From Octopus vulgaris (lineage: Eukaryota), in NCBI GenBank assembly GCA_951406725.2, contig OX597821.1, positions 59,458,001 to 59,522,000 on the forward strand: DNA of 64,000 nt, read 5' to 3'. Positions within the stretch are counted from its first letter, which is position 1. Every line of letters starts with the position of its first letter. Of the stretch, positions 25,991 through 40,082 are shown piece after piece. The notes under the pieces are model-generated. The model saw only the letters and a list, made by a program, of their open reading frames with translations, did no database searches and was not told the DNA's origin. The translations under genes were made by a program, and so were the position numbers.

Positions 25991-28867
25991 ATGAATAACA
26001 CCTATTCTATAATTTATCTATAAAGAAATCAATAAACTTAAATCTATCAATGAAAAGCAAATTATTGGAAAACTTGGCTGCACCATTTTTAACAATAAAA
26101 TCTCAACTACTAGCAAGAATATAAACCTGATTTGTGGACAGTCCCTAGAATTGGCCTGCATTAACATGGATCAAACTGGAAACATAACTAGAATGGTGTA
26201 GGCTGTAAGAACAGCAAAATTAATCATCATCATCATTGTTTAATGTCTGCTTTCCATGCTGGCATGAGTTGGACGGTTTGACTGAAGTCTGGAGAGCCAG
26301 GAGGCTGCACCAGGCTCCAATCTGATCTGGTAATGTTTCTACAGCTGGATGCCCTTCCTAATTCCAACCACTCCAAAAGTGTAGTGGGTGCTTTTTACAT
26401 GCTACTGGCATAGGAGCCAGTCAGGGGGTACTGGCATCAGCCATGTTCGGATAGTGCTTTTTATGTGCCACCAGCACAGGAGCTAGTCAGGTGGGTCTAG
26501 TATCCATCATGTCAGATAATGCTTTTTACATGCCACTGGCACGAGGGCCTGTCAGTGTGTACTGGCATCAGCCATGTTCGGTGGTGCCTTTTATGTGTCA
26601 GGGGGCACTGGCCACAGCTACAATATTGAGTAGCGTTTCACTATTTCTTTTCTGATGAAAAACTTTGCTGAATGTTTTAGTTTCTCCTCTTCTCACAGCC
26701 CAACATACTTCGCTTCAGTTTATATTTAAATGGGACCATGAAGCTATAGCATTTGATGACATATAAAATGCATGTTCTTAAAAAAATTACCCCAAGTCTG
26801 ATATGTAAACTTGGGTCTGCCATAAGATAATTTTGCTTAATGTTAAATGTGTGCAATTAAAATAGGGGTGTGCCCAATATACCTGTGCATCATTTATGCT
26901 ATCAAATATGGTATCTCTACACTTTTGTTTCTCTGAGATTTTGATTCTTCATGACATGAACATCTCAAAAAACCTTATGTGGTTTTCTCACAAGACAGTT
27001 GTTATACCTAGGTTTTTCTTAATATATAAGCTCAATATTTTTCTGCCTTATTGTATGACAAAAGCACCTATGTACTTCAAATGACATTTCAACAATAAAT
27101 GATGATGATCGTCATTTAACATCAGTTTTCCATGCAGGCATGGATTGGATAGGATTTGGTAAGCTGTGGGGCTATGTGGAGCTCTAGTATCAGTTTTGGC
27201 ACGATTTCTACATCTGGATGCCTTTCTTAATGTCCATCTCTTTACAGTGTATCCCAGGTGCTTTTTTTCTTTTCTTGGCATCTTGGCACTAATGTGGTTG
27301 CCATATAACTTACAAGACAGAAAAAAAAAAAAAAACAGAGAAAAATGGGAAAAGCTCTCACTATTAAGTTGGGAAGGCAATATTTGGGAAGGAGAGATGC
27401 TTTATACCAGTTGCTAAAAGGCTAAAGTTTAATGTAGAGACAAGCAGAGGTGTTTTGCTTTAGAGAAGATACGTAGTTACTCTGCATTATATAAGGGTGA
27501 GTGATAGTAAGTGGGAAGAAGATAAAGATGGTAGTAATGGAAAGTGCCAGAGTAAACTCACAAGGTAGAAGAAGGTGAGCATAAGAGAGGAAATGGACAG
27601 AGGAACAGTGGGAAGAAGAGGGTGGATAGTAGCACAAAAGTGTGGTTTAATGGTAACTTCTACACAGTAATGCTTCAATATTTTCAATTTGATGAAATAG
27701 TAAATAAATACTTTTTTTAAATAAATAAAAAACATCAATATTTCTCAACTGTTTGTGGTTATTGCTAGTGTAACATATCAAAAAGAATAGTTCAGGGGAA
27801 GGTTAAAACAGATTGATGGCTAAATATATTAATTTTCACACAACCAATATAGGCTGCCAAATGTTTACATCAATGTATACGCATGCATGAATACACACAC
27901 ATGCACGCACACACACACACCTTCCTTCCTTTCAATTCACTATACAACTACAAACACACACACACACACACTCTCTCTCTCTTGCATCTCTCAGCTTCAC
28001 TCCCAAAATAAAAAATGACGGCTGAACCATAAATAAATGACCTATTCTATACTAAAGTCAGAACAAAGAACAGAAAACAGTAGCGCCAAGGGCTTGTAAT
28101 GAGATGATAAATGGATCGACAAAGCATAAAGGAAAATAAAGGGAAATTTTTCGGTTTTTTTTTTAACGATAAATCGAGATTTTTTTTTTATAATCAGTTT
28201 TTCAGTTGTGTTTACATCATTGGTATTATCTTTATCATTTGTATGGTAGTGACGCAGGCATGTCCTTGGAAACTGCAAGAATATCATATTTCCAATCCCA
28301 CTTAAAATTCTTAGAGGTCTCATGCTTATGTAAAAAACTAGTATTATAACTATTACTAGCATCATCACCACCATCACTAATCGCTTTCTTATTAGCTACT
28401 GTGGCTGTTTTTTTATACATTTACTACTGTGGTAAATACAAGGAAACAAACAGATAGATAACAAAATGAATAAACAAATAACAAAAAAGGCTGTTAGCAA
28501 CTTTGTTGAACAAAATTCTAAGATTTATTCCACACTATTTACTTTGACAAAGGTCTTTTATTTTATTTCTTAAAAGAAACCATATTCTTCAGAATGTATC
28601 AAAAGTATTAGGAAAAACCTGCCATTGTAAACAAAATGTACACCCAGATGAAGAAAACCAGACTAAACTATTACCATTAAACACTACACACTACAGAAAC
28701 CAATTATTGCCATTATACTATCAGACCATAGTAAGTGAATAACAGAGATAGGCACATCCACCATATTAGTAGTAACTATTTCAAGAAATTACACAGAATA
28801 ACCAACCTTACCCAGTTTTGTCAATTCAAGTTGAGAGGAGTGTAATTTAAGAAAATATCAAACTTAC

Positions 28868-28972
28868 ATTTTCAACAATAGCTAAGATATGTTCGACAGC
28901 TTCTTCTTCTTCTCTGATGTGCTCTCTAGTAGCAAGAGCAAATGGATCTAAATCCTCATCAAAGGTCTCCAT
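28868..28972 (-). CDS. TRAK: Candidate alternative first coding exon of Milton/TRAK (35 codons, phase 0), would splice to 9842
   Basis: ATG at 28972-28970 with in-frame upstream TAG (29006-29008). Encodes METFDEDLDPFALATREHIREEEEAVEHILAIVEN, then AAT|gtaagt. Phase matches the KERDL exon; sequence is non-repetitive and protein-like. Confidence 0.7.
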
Positions 28973-28999
28973 TAAAAACAAAAAGTATAAAAAATTACG

Positions 29000-29300
29000 C
29001 AATTTCTATAAAGGACGACATGGGGATCCGTTCTTCTGCCTACGATGTATCTGATGTAATAATAATCGGCTGCTGCTGCTATGGGAATAATGGTATATAG
29101 CACAGTAGTAAGAGAACCAAGTTAGCTAAGGTTGCAGGAAGCAGACAGAGAGAAAGAGAAACAGAGAGAGCGGGGAAGGAGGGCGGGAGGGAAGGTATGA
29201 GGTAAAATTCTGAGTAATGCTGACAAGAAAGTGTATTAATAAACTGGCTGCTTTCTTCCTCTCCCCATCTCAATTCTAGACCATTCACTCTCACTAATTA
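29000..29300 (-). promoter_or_regulatory. Putative internal promoter / 5'UTR for the 28972 exon
   Basis: Unique, TE-free stretch upstream of the ATG with a GA-rich tract, a GC-box GGGCGG at 29181-29186 and several CpGs. No TSS evidence. Confidence 0.35.
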
Positions 29301-32300
29301 TTTCTTCGTAAATTATGTTTGTTTTTTTTAAAGAATTATAAAGCAAGTTGCAGAGAGCCAAGAAAAAGCATTAAAATAAACAACTACAACGTAGAAACCA
29401 ATTTTGTTTTCTTTTTCTTTTCATTGAAACAATAAAGAATTATCGATTCAAATTTTGGCACAAGGACAGCAATTGGGGGGATGGGTGGGGTGTAAGTTTG
29501 TTACATCAACCCCAGTGTCCCAAAAGGATGAAAGGCAAAGATGACCTCAGTGGAATTTGAACTTTGAACATAAAGACAAATGAAATGCTGCTGAGCATTT
29601 TGTCTGGTGTGTTAATAATCCTGAAAGCTCATCACTTCACAACAAAGGATTATTGGCATCAAAATTATAAGATATTTTTACATCTTCTGCTTCAGAGAGT
29701 TTTAAAAAACAAAACAAAAAGACCCCCCCCCAAAAAAAAACACGAGCATGAATCAGTTAAAGCATTTGGATTTAAGAAAGAATTTGACCAAAGTATGAGG
29801 TGTGGAATAAATCTCAAAATATTTATTCTTTTATTTGTTTCAGTCATTTGACCTCAGGACTTATTCTTTGTAAGCCTAGTACTTATTCTATCAGTCTCTT
29901 TTGCTGAACTGCTAAGTTATGATTGTCAAGTGATGTTGTGGGGACAAACACAGACACACAAACATCATCATCATTGTTTAACGTTCACTTTCCATACTGC
30001 ACCAGGCTCCAATCTGATCTGGCAAAGCTTCTACAGTTGGATGCCCTTCCTAATGCCAACCACTCTGAGAGTGTAGCGGGTGTTTTTTATGTGCCACTGG
30101 CATGAGGGCCAGTCAGGTGGTACTGGCATCGACCATGCTTGAATGGTGCTTTTTATGTGCCACCGGCACAGGAGCCAGTCAGGCGGCACTGGCAACAACC
30201 ACACTCAAACATATACATACATATATATATATATATGATCTTTTTGCAGCTTCCGTCTACCAAATCCACTCTCAAGGCTTTGGTCAGCCTGAGGCTATTG
30301 TAGAAGACACTTGCCCAAGGTGCCACACAGTGGGACTGAACCCGGAAGCATGTGATTGATAAGCAAACTACTTACCACACAGCCACTCCTGTGCCTATAC
30401 ACAGCCAGGTTAAGCAAAGTTATTAAACAATCATTTCTTTTTCTATCCCTCATCATCAGTTTTACTGTCCAGTTTTCCAATGCTTGCAAAGGCCATACAG
30501 AGTCAGTTGAGGCAGATTTTCTACAGCTGAATGTGTGTCTTGACACTGCATAATTGTTACTGTCATACAAGTAATGTCATTTCTTTCCAATATTCTATGA
30601 GAAATAGGTAAAGGTTGGTAACAGGAAGGGCATCCAGCCATAGAAAATCTACCTCAATAAACTCCATCTGACCCATGTAGGTGAGGAAAAGTGGATGTTA
30701 AAATGACAATGATAAGGATTACAAACACACACACACACACACAACCAACAAACCCATCATCCACACATAGTACATTTATTTTCATTACCAACTAGGACAG
30801 GATGTTGTGCACTGCACTCGTTCAATGTTATAGAATCTATCCAGTTTGGTTAAGCTCACAAGTTTCGCTACATTTATGGCACGAAGGTCCTCTCAGCTGA
30901 TTTCACAAGCAAACAACATTCAACATTCGGAATTACATTCCAAATAAAAACGAACAAAAAGAAAAAGCAAACATACTGCCTATATAACTATTGTTTCCGG
31001 TGAATATCTGGATAAAAATCTGGATAATTCAGAATTTGGACTCTAATTAGGCATACACAAAAGGACTGACCGGAGCAATAAAGAGTTTAAACCTGAGAAC
31101 AATTGTATGACAAAACCAATCATCATCATCATAGTGTAACGTCCGCTTTCCATGTTAGCATGGGTTGGATGGTTCAACTGGGGTCTGGGAAGTCAGGAGG
31201 CTGCACCAGGCTCCAGTCTGATCTGGCAGTGTTTCTACAGCTGGATGCCCTTCCTAACGCCAACCACTCCTTGAGTGTAGTGGGTGCTTTTTACATTCCA
31301 GCGACACAGGGACCAGAGGTGGCTGGCAACGGCCACGATCTGCTGGTGCTTTTTATGTGCCACTGGCATGGAAGCCAGTCAAGGCGACTGCACCAATATA
31401 ATTTATGAAAACAGAATTAAAGGAACTAGATTACATAATAGAAATATCACAGAATTCAGTTAGCCATGAGCATTCCTAACAACAAGCTAGTCCAAGAATA
31501 ACATTCTGATACTGAAGGGAGATGAAATTCAGATTAAAATCTGTGATCCAGGCCAAGTATGCTTATTCTTTGGTAAAGTTGTTTCTTTTTTCTTTATTGC
31601 CCACAAGGGGTTAAGCATAGAGGGGGCAAACAAGGACATACAAAGAGATTAAATCGATTACATTGACCCTAGTATGCAACTGGTACTTAATTTATCGACT
31701 CTGAAAGGACGAAAGGCAAAGTTGACCTTGGTGGAATCTGAACTCAGAACGTAATGGCAGATGAAATACTGCTGAGCATTTCGCCCAGCGTGCTAACGTT
31801 TCTGTCAGAAACAACAACTTTACCAAAGAAGGTGGCGAGCTATGAGCAGAGAACCTTGTTTGGAGCGCTTTAACAAGAGGATTTTGAAAGAAATTTCATA
31901 TTCACCTCATCAATGGGAGCCAGGTTTCTCTGGCAAGCCACTATCATCAGCACTCAAAACCCACCCTTTCGTTATTTTGGTCATATGTATCAATATCCAA
32001 ACACAACTATGTGTTTGGATTGGCAGTGCCACCATAGCAGGCAGCTGAAGATATGCCAACAGGTCATCAAGGGAAATCTAAGATTAATTATTCATTGAAA
32101 TATCAACAGATTACTATGCTGGAATGCAGATTGCTTTGAAATTAAATCTGACCTGGTCAGTAACAGACGACCACAGGTGACAATTGTTTCAGTCACAAAT
32201 TCATGAGTTGAATGCTAATACAAACAAGAGGGCATTAATGAAAACAATAATGTATTTGGTGTCAAGCAACTTGTCCATTTGAAGGAGTGTACGAAACTAA

Positions 32301-32331
32301 TTATTTTCCAATTGATTAAAAAATTATACAT

Positions 32332-32688
32332 TTATTACTTCCGCCTCAGTGAAAGCAGAGGTATTGTTTTCAGTCATGTTTGTTTGTTTGTCCGAGGACA
32401 AGATATCGCAAGAACCGCTGAATGGATTCGGATGAAACTTTCCGGGATGTTTGGCCTCATGACTGGCACAAACTGATTAGATTTTGGGATCGATCCGGTA
32501 CTGGACAAGGATTCTGGATAATCTTTCCTGGTTTTTTACTCAATTTTTGAGAGCAGGCGAGTTCATTTTTAGTCAGTGAAAGCAGCTGAGTTTTAGATAT
32601 TCTCATTTTAAAAATCATCTCTGGCTAATCGTTGAGAGGATGCCAGTGTTGCCTTGGTAGAGGTTTGTGCTCTGCGAGTGCTTTTGTT
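32332..32688 (+). mobile_element. HINE/DINE-1-like (Helentron-associated) element
   Basis: TTATTACTTCCGCC...GCAGAGGT 5' stem, (TGTT)n microsatellite, and 3' CCTTGGTAGAGGT plus GTGCTC..GAGTGC hairpin followed by a T-run. Confidence 0.65.
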
Positions 32689-35021
32689 ATCCATGTTTCA
32701 CTATTATTCAGCAACACATTGCTTATCGTTTGTCATTTGTAAAGAAGGAAAGCATTTTGCTGCAAATTGAAATATGTGCACGAGACATTTTGGTACAGCT
32801 GTTTTGGCACTGGTATTCTCCACAATCTCACTCACTCTCTCTCCCTCTGTTTAAGTGTGTGAGTATATTTCTTTTTATGTGTATGAGGAGAGAGAAAGTA
32901 TTTGGCAATCTTCTTCAATTAATAAATTGCAATGCCTCTGTGTGTGTATGTGTGCGTGCATGCATGCGTGTCTTCAGTGTCAAAAAGAACGGTCACAAAA
33001 TGCGGCTGGATGTCCAGCCAGCCATGCCAAATCATCAGTGTCCAAACAGCCATGCCAAATTGTCTCATTTTACTAATACTTTCCCATCTGCTTGTGATAA
33101 TATCCACTATATTTACCACTAGGCTTATTTCCAACACTAATATCACTTAGCATTGCTTCTAGTAAACTCTCTGAGCAAATAATTTACCTTCACATCCAAT
33201 CCTGTTCCTATCAACCAATCAGATTTCATTGCACCGTTTTTGCAGTTATTTAGTCACTGACAACACAGCTTTGACTGCAATGTTATTTAGTAATAACATT
33301 ACAAAGTAAATTTGTAGTCAAATAACTGAAGTTATAATAGTAACTGACAGAGAAGTAAATCTAAAAATATTATCTAAACAACCAAGAAAGTTAGCAGCTT
33401 TTAGAAGAAAGTTTGGAAATACTTGCAACAAATATGTCACTAAGATAATTTGAAGTGGTTATATCTCAGGTTTACTTGAATAAAATAACATGATAAGGTA
33501 GAGAAATTAGTTATTAGGTATTTACTTAATATGTTTGGTCTTATAAGGAAAAACAAAGAAAATTATATAAATTCACTTGCATATTGATAAAAAAAGAAAG
33601 AAAATATTTTCATGATATACAATCTTATCAATATATTTAATGAAGACATTTCATTTGTTTTGTGTGCGAAAGGGTCTGGATTCAATCCTCAACATTTCCA
33701 GAACATTTTTATACATGCAGCAAGTATCCAGTCCACACTGTAAAGTGGTTGGTGTTTGAGAGGGTATCCAGCTGTAAAAACCCTGCCAAAATTGACCTCA
33801 CCTATGCTTGTGCCATGTAAATAGCACTCTGTCCACTTTGCCAGGTGGTTGGTGTTAGGAAGGGCATCCAGCTGTAAAACCCATACCAAAACAAACACAG
33901 AAGTCTGGTGCAGGCTCATGCCTGGCCAGCTCATGTCAAACTGTTCAACCCATGCCAGCATGGAAGGCAGACGTCAAACAATGATTTTAGCTGAAAATAT
34001 TGAGATTATAGTAGGGTAGTTGTGAAAGGCTGGATCTGGTCAGTTTGGCCATAAAACAGAGAGAATATCTGGGCTGGATTTGACTGGTTTAAATGCTAAA
34101 CGGTCAATATTTCCTAATTTCTTTAATGTTTTCTGTTTCTTGCAGCCTAACCAGAGGAATTGTATGATAAGTCATTATTCAATATAGAAAGTATATGACT
34201 TCCATAGTACAACTCAGTTTGACCACCCATAGGGCAGAGGACATATCTGAAGTCAAAGTTAATACATAAAAACAGGAAAAATAAAATCATTTTCTGAGCT
34301 TTGATACTGTATGCAGTGTGAACATTCAATTTACCACTGAATATACAAATGGCCAGAAATAACTGAAGTCACCATCACCATTTTAATGTCCACTTTATCA
34401 GGCTTGCACAGATCAGACAGAATTGGTTGAGGCAGGTTTTTTCTAAAGCTGGATAACCTTCCTGATGCAAACCTTCACCTGTTCCAAGCAAGGTAATATT
34501 TTTCCATTGCTAAACATGGTCATCACTTGAGACAAAAAAATTTCACTTGTATGACGATGATGTTCATTTACAGCCTTCACATAATGTCTAGCCAAGGGTA
34601 CTCACACAAACAGAGTTTCCTTCTACCACATCAGCCCACAAGGCTTTTCATTGGCCAGGGGCTACAGTAGAAGACACTTACCCAGGGTGACATGCAGTGG
34701 GACTGAAACCAAGCCCACTTGGTTGGAAAGCAAGTTTCTTAACCAGACAGCCATGTCGGCATTTAAAGTAAAGCCAGAGAAAAGAATATCTATATATTAT
34801 TGATAGAATTTTAAATATTTATCTTCTGCTTATTATTATTGAGCCATTTATGCATTTGTTGCATAGCAACCCCTGGTTAATTTTGAACACTAATTTATTA
34901 TGCCTGACATATTGATACCAATAAATAATGATACATATCCCAGGTGGTGGTAATCAAAGATATGAATGAAGCCTTTCACATTCACAGTAATAAAATTTAT
35001 GGACGCCTGGCTGAGAAGAGG

Positions 35022-35063
<42 letters not shown>

Positions 35064-35159
35064 TGACATAGTCAAATGAGAATTAAAAGGACACTGCTCA
35101 ATGTTAGCAAGGAATATGCAATATTTTTCCTTTACTCAAAGTGGAGTGTATGCCTCACT

Positions 35160-35297
35160 AGTAGGGTATGCCACTAATTTAGTAGGGTGTGGAAATATTT
35201 TGATAGGGCATGGCAATATTTCAATGGGGTGTGACAATATTTTGGTAGGGCGTGGCAATATTTTGGTAGGGTGTGGCAATGTTATGGTAGGGTGTGG
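35160..35297 (+). repeat. Minisatellite, 21-bp unit x ~6.5
   Basis: GTAGGGTGTGGCAATATTTTG-like units; source of the spurious VGCGNIL peptide repeat. Confidence 0.9.
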
Positions 35298-36656
35298 GTT
35301 ATTTCAGAATGGGGCATAAGTAAGAAACAAGTGAATAAAACTTGCAATGACTCTGGTTATGATGGGGTATCACATTGAAGGGTTTAGTTACATAAATTGA
35401 ACCCAGTACTTTTTTGAAAAATCTGGTATTTATTTTATTAGTCTTTTTTGCTGATCCACTAAGTAATAGGAATGTAAACAAACAAATACCAGTTCTCAAG
35501 TGGTGGCAGCAGTGGACAAACACAAACACACACTACAGGCTTCCTTGCAGTTTTCATCTACCAAGTTTATTCACAAGTCATTGGTCAGCCTGGGGCTATA
35601 ACAGTCACTTGCCTAAGGTGTCATGCAGAGGGACTGAACCCAAAACCACATGGTTGCTAAGCGAGCTTATTAATCACATAGCCATGCCATATACAAACTT
35701 TGTCCATTCATAGTGGGGTGCATGCTTATGTGTACACACACACATTTCCAGCAGTATTCAAGTGTACAGATTGTTAGATGGTGTAGGAATGTTCTTAATG
35801 GAGTAGCTGAGGTCAAAATGTTCCATATTTTTGAGAGACTAAGTGGTTCCCATGGATGGAATGTCTTGACCTTAGCTACTCAGAATAATGTTAAATAGAT
35901 GCTTTGATTTTAGATTTACGATTTACTGATGATAAATATAACATCATCATCAAATGTCTATTTTCCATGCTGACATGGGTTGGATGGTTTGATAGCAGCT
36001 GGCAAACTAGAGAGCTTCACCCAGCTCCAATTGTTTGTTTTGGCAAGATTTCAACAGCTGGATGCCCTTCTGACTGCCAACCACTCAAGGTGCTTTTTAT
36101 GTAACACACACATTAAAAAAAAAAAAGAGGGGAAAAGAGAAAGAAAGCAAAAAGACTTTCAGTGATGACCACACCACACCTGTACTTTTTTTTTGAAGAG
36201 GTCACCATCCTTAAACCCATTCTAATATAATTGTAAATGACTAAATAAATGAATGGTGAATAGGAATGGAGATCCCCCTTCTCTCTATCTCTATCTATCT
36301 ATCTATCTACCTATCTCTCAGCTAATTTACCTACCTATATTTCCATCTATTTATTTCCATTGTCATGGAACCTCATCCAAAAAAAACCCAAAAAAACAAT
36401 GTTCTCTTCTTCTAAACAAAACCGCCAAAAAACATCTGTTTTATATAAATGAACAAGATGTTTATACATTCACAAAATTTTATTTGGTAAGTTCCAGAAA
36501 CAAAAGAAACCGCTAATAATAATGAAGAAATAAAAAGATTTTTTTCTTAAAATTCTGACGACTTGAGACATATGCAACACTTACTGAGGTTTAACGTACC
36601 TATTTCAGAAAACAATCAGGTACGAAACACTAATGAAAACTAATTCCATTGCTTAC

Positions 36657-36733
36657 CTCTTCGAGCAGACGAGTCACAGCCTCAATATCATTGTATGTTC
36701 TAGTCATCTGGGTTACACGCTGCGCGCATAAGA
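36657..36733 (-). CDS. TRAK: Milton/TRAK (trafficking kinesin-binding protein, HAP1_N domain) coding exon, 77 nt, phase 1 in / phase 0 out
   Basis: Acceptor ttcttttctgttttcag, donor GAG|gtaagc. Reads (x)[27 protein letters not shown], matching the TRAK1 motif [25 protein letters not shown] as I recall it. Confidence 0.95.
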
Positions 36734-36908
36734 CTGAAAACAGAAAAGAAAGCAATTAATATTATAATGAAATAACATTAAGATGTGAAAAGCTGTTTTG
36801 TGTCCCATGACACTGCGACCAAAATAACAAAATAGGTAACAACAATAAAAGGAGCTGAAAGATAAAAATTTAATTTAGATTACAGAAAAATTTGGATTGT
36901 AAAAATAT

Positions 36909-37945
36909 GAGGGTGTATCAGGAAGTTCCCAAATCAGCCCTGTAAAAGTACAGCTGTACTCCAACAAATAATGTATTTCATATATCATTTATATTCAAGT
37001 TCCATCTCCTTTGAAATAGTTCCCTTGAGAATATAACAGCAATCACAGCTCCATCATGTATGTCTCAGAAACATGGCAGAAATCCTCTTCCTGAAGGTTG
37101 TTCAATGCTGCCTGTGAATCTTTCAATTTTACTTACTATCTGCCACATCACCATCATCATCATTTACTGTACATCTTCCATGGTGGTATGGGTTGGATGA
37201 GTCAGGAGAGCTAGCAGAGCACACTAGATGAAATGCTTAGTGGTATTTTGCTAGTCGCTACATTCTGAGTTCAAATTCTGCCGAGGTCAACTTTGCCTTT
37301 CATCCTTTCGGGGTCAATAAATTAAGTACCAGTTGCATACTGGGGTCAATCTAATTGGCTGGCCCCCTCCCCACAAAATTTCAGGCCTTGTGCCTATAGT
37401 AAAAGGATCTGATGAGTCAGAGGACTACATTCTGTCTGAATGTCTGTTTTGTTGTAATTTCTATGGCTGGATGCCCTTCCTCATGACATCCACATTACAG
37501 AGGGTACTGGGGGCGTTTTCTTTGTAACACCAGCACTGGTGAGGTCACCATTTAAGATTTAATTTCTTTTTAGTCAAAAAAAATAAAAAAACACAAAACC
37601 ACAGCAGGAAATGGTCAAGCAAAAACAAAGGGCAATGAACATAATACACATTCAGATTTTCTGTAAGAATCTCCTGGTAGACTTTATAATTGATTTCAGT
37701 CATGAGAGAAGCAAAAGATTGTTTGGTGCTGGGTCTCATGGATGAGTTCATGAAATTTCCCTACATTTTCTAATATTTAGTATGACTAGTCACTTTGAAA
37801 GCTCATCATCTTCAATCAACACTTCAACTTTGAGAACCTCGTACCACTCAAAAACATGTGCTTGACCTAAAGTATGATCACCAAAAACTAGAAACATTTC
37901 AAAAGGTCTTGGTAGCAGACTTGCTGCTTTATACAAAATTTAATA
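36909..37945 (-). mobile_element. Decayed mariner transposon, internally deleted and interrupted by SINEs
   Basis: 37700-37945 minus gives transposase HTH-like GDHTLGQAHVFEWY...IEDDE. 36990-37130 minus gives C-terminal SQAALNNLQEEDF...SQGNYFKGD. TGAGGG-type end near 36909. Confidence 0.7.
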
Positions 37946-39221
37946 CAGGTACATCATCATCACTGGTTTAACAACCTATGCTTGCATACATTAGACAGAA
38001 TTTGTTGAGGCAGATTTTCTACAGCTGGATGTTCTCCCTGTTGCTAACCCTAAACTGTTTCAAAGCAAGTTAATATTTCCCCCATGGTCAAGCATCTTCC
38101 ACAGATGACTGGAAATGGACAACATTTCTTGTATGGTGGTTAAACCTGTTTACAACCATCATGTGATGTCACACACACGTGCACATGCACACATTAGTAA
38201 ATTGATCAAATTCTGTAGCCATTGTTAATATCACAGACCTGTTCTAACACACCATTACAATAACTCACATAATTGAAAATGACAAGAAAGTATGAAGCTT
38301 ATTTGTAGACTGGCTCAGCAGGCTGGCAACTAATGATGTTCAGCTGTACAGGCAGTTATATTGAACAGCACAATCACAACACATGCAGTCAGAAACTTTC
38401 TGATAATATCTCATATATGTCCTCCATATTTGAGCAGTTCCATCCTGTCATGTAATCTGCCGAGTTTATAACTGCATCACCATCATCATTTAATGCCCAC
38501 TTTTTTGTGCTTGCATGGATTGGTCAGAATTTGATGAGGTAGATTTTCTATGGTTAGATACCCTTCCTGTGATTAGCTCTCACTTGGTTCCAAGCAAAGT
38601 AATATTTTCTCATAGCCAGACATGGTTTTCATGGAAGACTGGAAACAAGCAATATCACTTGTATGATAGTAGAAAATACTTGCCTAAGTTGCCATGCAGT
38701 GGGACTGAACTCAAAACCACATGATTGAGAAGCTTAGCTACACAGTTATACCCATGCCTGCATCATGTATATAGGTAAATGGTTACTAACTTGTAAGCAG
38801 CAAGATAAATGCTATCAGATTAGACCACTACAAAATGCCAGTGAGTTTCACCCAGTTCACTTGTGATACAGATTATGGGTTTGTTTTCAACAAGATTAAT
38901 CATAATGCTAATCTTGAATTATTATTTTGAGAAACATGAGTTTTTTTTACCTTTTCATTCAATTTGTCCCTGATATGTAAAATATAAACAGTGTAGTTTG
39001 GTGCCTTTAGTTAAGAGTTATTAGAAGGCGGAAATACTGCTCTAAAGATTACAGCAATCAACCAATAGTAATCACCTCATTCATTTATATTGCATTTAAG
39101 AGCCACATTCTTTCGCTATCAAAGATAATGCTCTTCAGTGAGTTCAATGTTCAGTGTCACAAATATTTTACCAATTTTCGTTTTTTGGGTTGTCTCCATG
39201 TTGTCTAAAGTATCAGTTGTC

Positions 39222-39279
<58 letters not shown>

Positions 39280-39559
39280 GATGGCATCTTATCACAGGTG
39301 ATCCTGTTTGTGGAATGCACGAGAAGTGGTTAGTTGATATTTTTAACCGATTAAGATCTACTACAGGGAGTAGAAAGCAGATAGTTGAACACATAATGAA
39401 CCAAATGATTTGTAGACCAATTAAAAAGTGAAATCAGCATCATATTATAGGACTGTTATCAACTAGTTTCATACTAATATTATTTTGTGCTTTCATCTAA
39501 GATGTAATACGAATAAAAAAATTTAAGCCATGATCTCCATTATGATTATATCCACCATT

Positions 39560-39621
<62 letters not shown>

Positions 39622-40036
39622 GAAAAGGAAAGGTCAGACATGGAAGCTAATAAAAACTTTCGTGTAAAGAGCATTTCTTTTAGATAGTAACTTCCTGTAT
39701 CTTTGATTGAATGGTGTACATCACTGAAATATTTAACATTTTAAAAATATCTATGAAATGGCTTGCATGTGCAGAGCGAAAATGTCTGCACAGGCTCAAC
39801 CAGATAATGATGATGCCACCAAAAAGGAGCAATATTATTGTTAAAGGCGTGAAATTGGTGAGATCCTTTGGACAATAACTGACAAGGATTTGGTGACATT
39901 CTGTTTGCGCTTATATAAGTTGTGTTTTTTCTTTTTTTGAACATAATGTCATGCCATGCACTATCTTATTTTGTTAACCTCCTGTGAATAAATATATATA
40001 AATATACTTTATTAAAAAGCAGCAAAAATATCACAA

Positions 40037-40082
40037 AAAACTGTTTCTCAGAGTTTCATGTTCCTGTTCGTTGGACAGTTTT
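40037..40082 (-). ncRNA. Decayed hammerhead-like motif in a Penelope-like fragment
   Basis: AAAACUGU-CCAACGA-ACA[GGAA]CAU-GAAA-CUC[U]GAG-AA-ACAGUUUU. Perfect 8-bp stem I, 3-bp stem III, mutated core. Confidence 0.4.

Noticed and set aside
35101-35319. Repetitive VGCGNIL peptide
   Set aside because: Translation of a 21-bp minisatellite with no exon evidence.
37405-37435. CTGATGA-GTC-AGAG-GAC as a hammerhead
   Set aside because: Followed by TACA rather than GAAA; lies within SINE-family sequence.
39119-39394. ORF ending ...NIELTEEHYL as a possible upstream TRAK exon
   Set aside because: Ends in a stop with no donor, spans a (CA)n tract, no convincing match to TRAK.
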